From Gammaproteobacteria bacterium (lineage in GTDB: Bacteria; Pseudomonadota; Gammaproteobacteria; CBDBNL01; JAAOII01): a stretch of DNA of 64,000 nt. A program made the translations under genes and the position numbers. The stretch is from contig OZ242372.1 in the NCBI GenBank assembly GCA_965209035.1, positions 800,001 to 864,000 of the forward strand, in the 5' to 3' direction. This document shows positions 61,025 to 64,000 of the stretch, piece by piece. Positions within the stretch are counted from its first letter, which is position 1, and each line of letters starts with the position of its first letter. The notes under the pieces are model-generated. The model searched no databases. It was not told where the DNA came from and saw only the letters and a program-made list of their open reading frames with translations.

Positions 61025-62278
61025 TTACTCTTGCAAAAACCGAAACATTGCGCACCGGACCGCATGCATACCCGGCAACCAAGTATGCAGATGCACATGC
61101 CTGCTCCAAGAAATCGGTAACAGATTAAGAACACGCGCCACGAACTCGCTTTTTTCAAAGTCTCGGGCGGAAACGGTTAACAACTCGGTTCCTTCTTTTT
61201 CAATTAAAAAGTCCGGCTGCGCGCCGGCACGGATCACATAGCCATCGCCCTCTTTTGTCCAATCGGAAAAATCAAAACTTATTGCGTCCCGTTGTCCCTG
61301 CTCGCTTAATTGCTTCTTTAATAAAATCCGCTGACGCGTTCTTTCGCCCACACCCGCAACAGCCAACCAGGGGGTTTTGTTTTCACGCAGAAGTTGCAAT
61401 TTCTGTCTGTATTCAAATCCCTGCCGCAAAAAAATATCCAACAGATCCGATTTCAAGCCAACGCTATTTTGCCAGCCAACGCGATCTTGCCAGCCAACGC
61501 GATCTTGCCAGCCAACGCGATCTTGATAGTCTCGCAGCATTCTTAAAACCTCCGACGACCAGTTATCTCGCCGCCAAAGGTCCGTTTCACAAATCGTCTG
61601 ATCCGGCAACAGATGATACGCCGCCGGGACTAATTGCAACGGCCGGCGATGCGCATGCAATCCGCACAGCATCTGCCAAACAATTTCGGAGCTGCCCGCA
61701 AAGGGTGAGCCAAGCGTGACGACCTTATTAATATTGCCGGCACATTGCGGTCGCCAACCTTCCTTTCTTCTCGCGGATGCAAGATAGCCGGCGGCAAGCA
61801 GCCCGCCCATGGAATGACCGACAAGATTCACCCGATCGGCAACCGAATTCGGGCGAGTTGGAGTTGCATCCTTGTTTCCATTGGCACGCATGTCGTCGCG
61901 ATGCACGCCGCCGCCGCCCAACCGAGTATCTTGCAAAACCGCCTTTATAAAGTCATCCAGTTTGCGCTCTGTCTGTTCCAACGGCATACGCCAATCATAG
62001 GGAAACGGATAAACACCCGTGAGATACCGCAAGTTTACAAACAACTTTCGGTAAACAGCCGGGATAACGGAAAGTGGCAGGATCCTCCCGTCATGCCCGT
62101 CGTTCCCATTATTGCCCCGCAAGTTTAAATACTCGCCCGGATGCGGAATAATCGCCTCCATTTCCGCCGGCTTTGGCTTGAAAAAACTGCGCAGTTCCCA
62201 AATCACTTTTGGCGGCACCTCGTATCTTTGTGCCAAGACAGATGTGGGAAAGCCCGGCAAAATGATCGTAGGGAACAT
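61025..62278 (-). CDS. Alpha/beta hydrolase, LCAT/PGAP1-like lipase or acyltransferase
   Basis: IILPGF, FPYDWR, VGHSMGGL, TLGSPFAGS, GDGYV. Confidence 0.82.
   Translation of the reverse strand: MFPTIILPGFPTSVLAQRYEVPPKVIWELRSFFKPKPAEMEAIIPHPGEYLNLRGNNGNDGHDGRILPLSVIPAVYRKLFVNLRYLTGVYPFPYDWRMPLEQTERKLDDFIKAVLQDTRLGGGGVHRDDMRANGNKDATPTRPNSVADRVNLVGHSMGGLLAAGYLASARRKEGWRPQCAGNINKVVTLGSPFAGSSEIVWQMLCGLHAHRRPLQLVPAAYHLLPDQTICETDLWRRDNWSSEVLRMLRDYQDRVGWQDRVGWQDRVGWQNSVGLKSDLLDIFLRQGFEYRQKLQLLRENKTPWLAVAGVGERTRQRILLKKQLSEQGQRDAISFDFSDWTKEGDGYVIRAGAQPDFLIEKEGTELLTVSARDFEKSEFVARVLNLLPISWSRHVHLHTWLPGMHAVRCAMFRFLQE
61469..61525. repeat. In-frame 18-bp tandem repeat x3 (QDRVGW) in the hydrolase
   Basis: ttgccagccaacgcgatc repeated three times. 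Confidence 0.9.
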
Positions 62279-62303
62279 TAGGCCGGGTTTAATCTTAGGT
62301 TTG

Positions 62304-62906
62304 TCAAACCGGGTTCTCGGACCTTAAGAGACCAAAATGTGTCTGTCCGTGTCGCCCGGTTTTGAGTGAACAAAGAGAATGACCCGCTTGGTCGGTTAGC
62401 CGGGAGATATCCGGCGGCTCGGCCGCTTCATAGTAAACAAGTCCGCCATCTCTTAAAAGACTCTTGTCCCAAAGAAGTTTCAATGCCGGCTCCAAAAGAT
62501 GATCGGCATAAGGGGGATCCAAAAAAATCAGATCATAATGATGGTTGTGCCGACTGTTCGGTCTCGCTCTACTTAGCCAAGCACGAACATCCGCACAAAA
62601 AACCGATGTGACACGAGAGACGGACAAAACATCCGCCTGCCGCCGCAGCCCGGCACAAAAAGCCGGCGATTTCTCCACCAGCACAAGTTTTTCCGCACCG
62701 CGCGACAATGCCTCCCAGGATAAAGCACCGCTGCCGGCAAACAGATCAAGACAGTGAAACCCGCTTACATCATTGTGTAGCCAATTAAAAAGAGTTTCCC
62801 GCACAATGCTCTGCGTCGGTCGGACAGCATAACGTGCCTTAACCGCCAGCAAACGGCGACCCTTGTGTGAACCACCGGTCAACCGAATGACGGCATCATT
62901 GGGCAT
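62304..62906 (-). CDS. rsmD: 16S rRNA m2G966 methyltransferase
   Basis: RPTQSIVRETLFNWL, LDLFAGSGAL, EALSRGA, IFLDPPY. Confidence 0.95.
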   Translation of the reverse strand: MPNDAVIRLTGGSHKGRRLLAVKARYAVRPTQSIVRETLFNWLHNDVSGFHCLDLFAGSGALSWEALSRGAEKLVLVEKSPAFCAGLRRQADVLSVSRVTSVFCADVRAWLSRARPNSRHNHHYDLIFLDPPYADHLLEPALKLLWDKSLLRDGGLVYYEAAEPPDISRLTDQAGHSLCSLKTGRHGQTHFGLLRSENPV

Positions 62907-63056
62907 TAAAAAACCGGTATCCGCCCGAAGGGCGCCTCAAAAGACGCCTCAACTCAAAAGTGCCTCAAAGGTTGCCTCAAAAGCACCTCAAAGGCCCGGG
63001 GATACAAGTATTGCACAACCGCACTCAACAAAGAGTGCGGATGTACAAATCAATGC

Positions 63057-63512
63057 TCAATAAGAAAGAACAACCGAACGGCGATTCTTCGCCCAGGCAT
63101 CCTCATTGGAAGCGGGATCAGCGGGTCTTAGTTCACCGTAACTTACGGTGGCAAGATTTTCCGCAGGGACACCGCGGACACGCAAATAACGACTGACCGC
63201 TTCGGCCCGTCTGTTACCCAACGCCTGGTTATAGTCTTCCGAGCCACGTTCATCGCAATGACCTTCTACTGTGACCAGCAGGCTCGAGTCTTCTCCTATT
63301 TTGGCTTGAATTGCTTCGGCATGCTGATCCAATGTTGCGAAGTCCGCAGGATCAATATCCGACTTATCAAACTCAAAATAAAAAGTATCTGTCTCCGGAC
63401 CGATCGGTTCTTCTTCCTCCACAGCAACAGGCGAACTTGTGCTGGCACAAGATGCAAGAAAAGCTGCCAAGACCAAAAGTATGAACGGCGCGATAGATTT
63501 AATGTTTTTCAT
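63057..63512 (-). CDS. pal: Peptidoglycan-associated lipoprotein
   Basis: Lipobox LASC, YFEFDKS, VEGHCDERGSEDYNQALGNRRA, VSYGE, AKNRR. Confidence 0.92.
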   Translation of the reverse strand: MKNIKSIAPFILLVLAAFLASCASTSSPVAVEEEEPIGPETDTFYFEFDKSDIDPADFATLDQHAEAIQAKIGEDSSLLVTVEGHCDERGSEDYNQALGNRRAEAVSRYLRVRGVPAENLATVSYGELRPADPASNEDAWAKNRRSVVLSY

Positions 63513-63554
63513 TGTAGTTACCTCTGTTTTTGATAAAAATAATATTAAAAATTG

Positions 63555-64000
63555 TTACTGATTGGTATATTTTATTTCCACTCTTCTGTTTTCCGCCCAC
63601 CTAATCTCACCGCTCCCGGAGGAAATTGGGCGCGACTCGCCATAACTGACGGTCTGCAGGGTTCTCCTTGCAATCCCTTTTGTACTAAAATATCTGGAAA
63701 CCGCACTGGCACGCCGCTGCCCGAGTGCCAAATTATAAGCATCACTGCCGCGCTCATCCGTATGCCCTTCCACGCGAACCACGATATTTTGATTGCCTTT
63801 TTTCTCCAATTCTTCTTTAATCTTCTCTATCGTATTGTCCAAAGCCGTCCGACCGTCCAATGCAAGATAAGCACTGTTATAATCAAAGTAAATGGTCGTA
63901 TCCGCATTGCTTTTCTTGCCAACATACCTACCAACCACGCTATTTTGTGCGGCATCGCCGAAAACATCTTCAAAACCTTCAAAGTCCTCCAATTCCTTGG
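63555..64000 (-). CDS. Second Pal/OmpA-C family protein, 5' end probably outside the window
   Basis: IYFDYNS, VEGHTDERGSDAYNLALGQRRA, VSYGE, ENRRVEI; the frame is open to the window edge. Confidence 0.85.
   Translation of the reverse strand, partial: KELEDFEGFEDVFGDAAQNSVVGRYVGKKSNADTTIYFDYNSAYLALDGRTALDNTIEKIKEELEKKGNQNIVVRVEGHTDERGSDAYNLALGQRRASAVSRYFSTKGIARRTLQTVSYGESRPISSGSGEIRWAENRRVEIKYTNQ

Overview
A 64-kb stretch of a bacterial chromosome with gammaproteobacterial-type gene content and order (pdxA-rsmA-apaG-apaH, dnaG-rpoD-tRNA-Ile2, recA-recX, hslVU, rpsF-rpsR-rplI, lpoA-yraN-dolP, pal). Many proteins are divergent or carry low-complexity insertions, which may indicate a host-associated lineage (inference). 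Accessory elements: (i) an intact IS1634-family element with 14-bp terminal inverted repeats and a 212-bp target duplication; (ii) a decayed restriction-modification cassette (intact SPPY-type methyltransferase, broken Hpy99I/EndoVII-like nuclease with a 223-bp IS1595-derived MITE at its start) bracketed by a partial copy of sppA; (iii) a Fic/wHTH gene directly preceded by a ~680-bp non-coding array with an exact 41-bp period, TATA cores every 20/21 bp and three ordered sequence subfamilies, which is the best candidate for an undescribed system; (iv) a 2610-aa, four-module, acidic surface lipoprotein next to a dead IS1595; (v) a second cargo gene flanked by a ~380-bp duplicated gene 3' end. 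Core-gene oddities include rpoD overlapping tRNA-Ile2 by 10 nt and a substituted -35 recognition helix in RpoD. No CRISPR, rRNA or prophage is evident. All product calls come from motif recognition by eye, not database searches.
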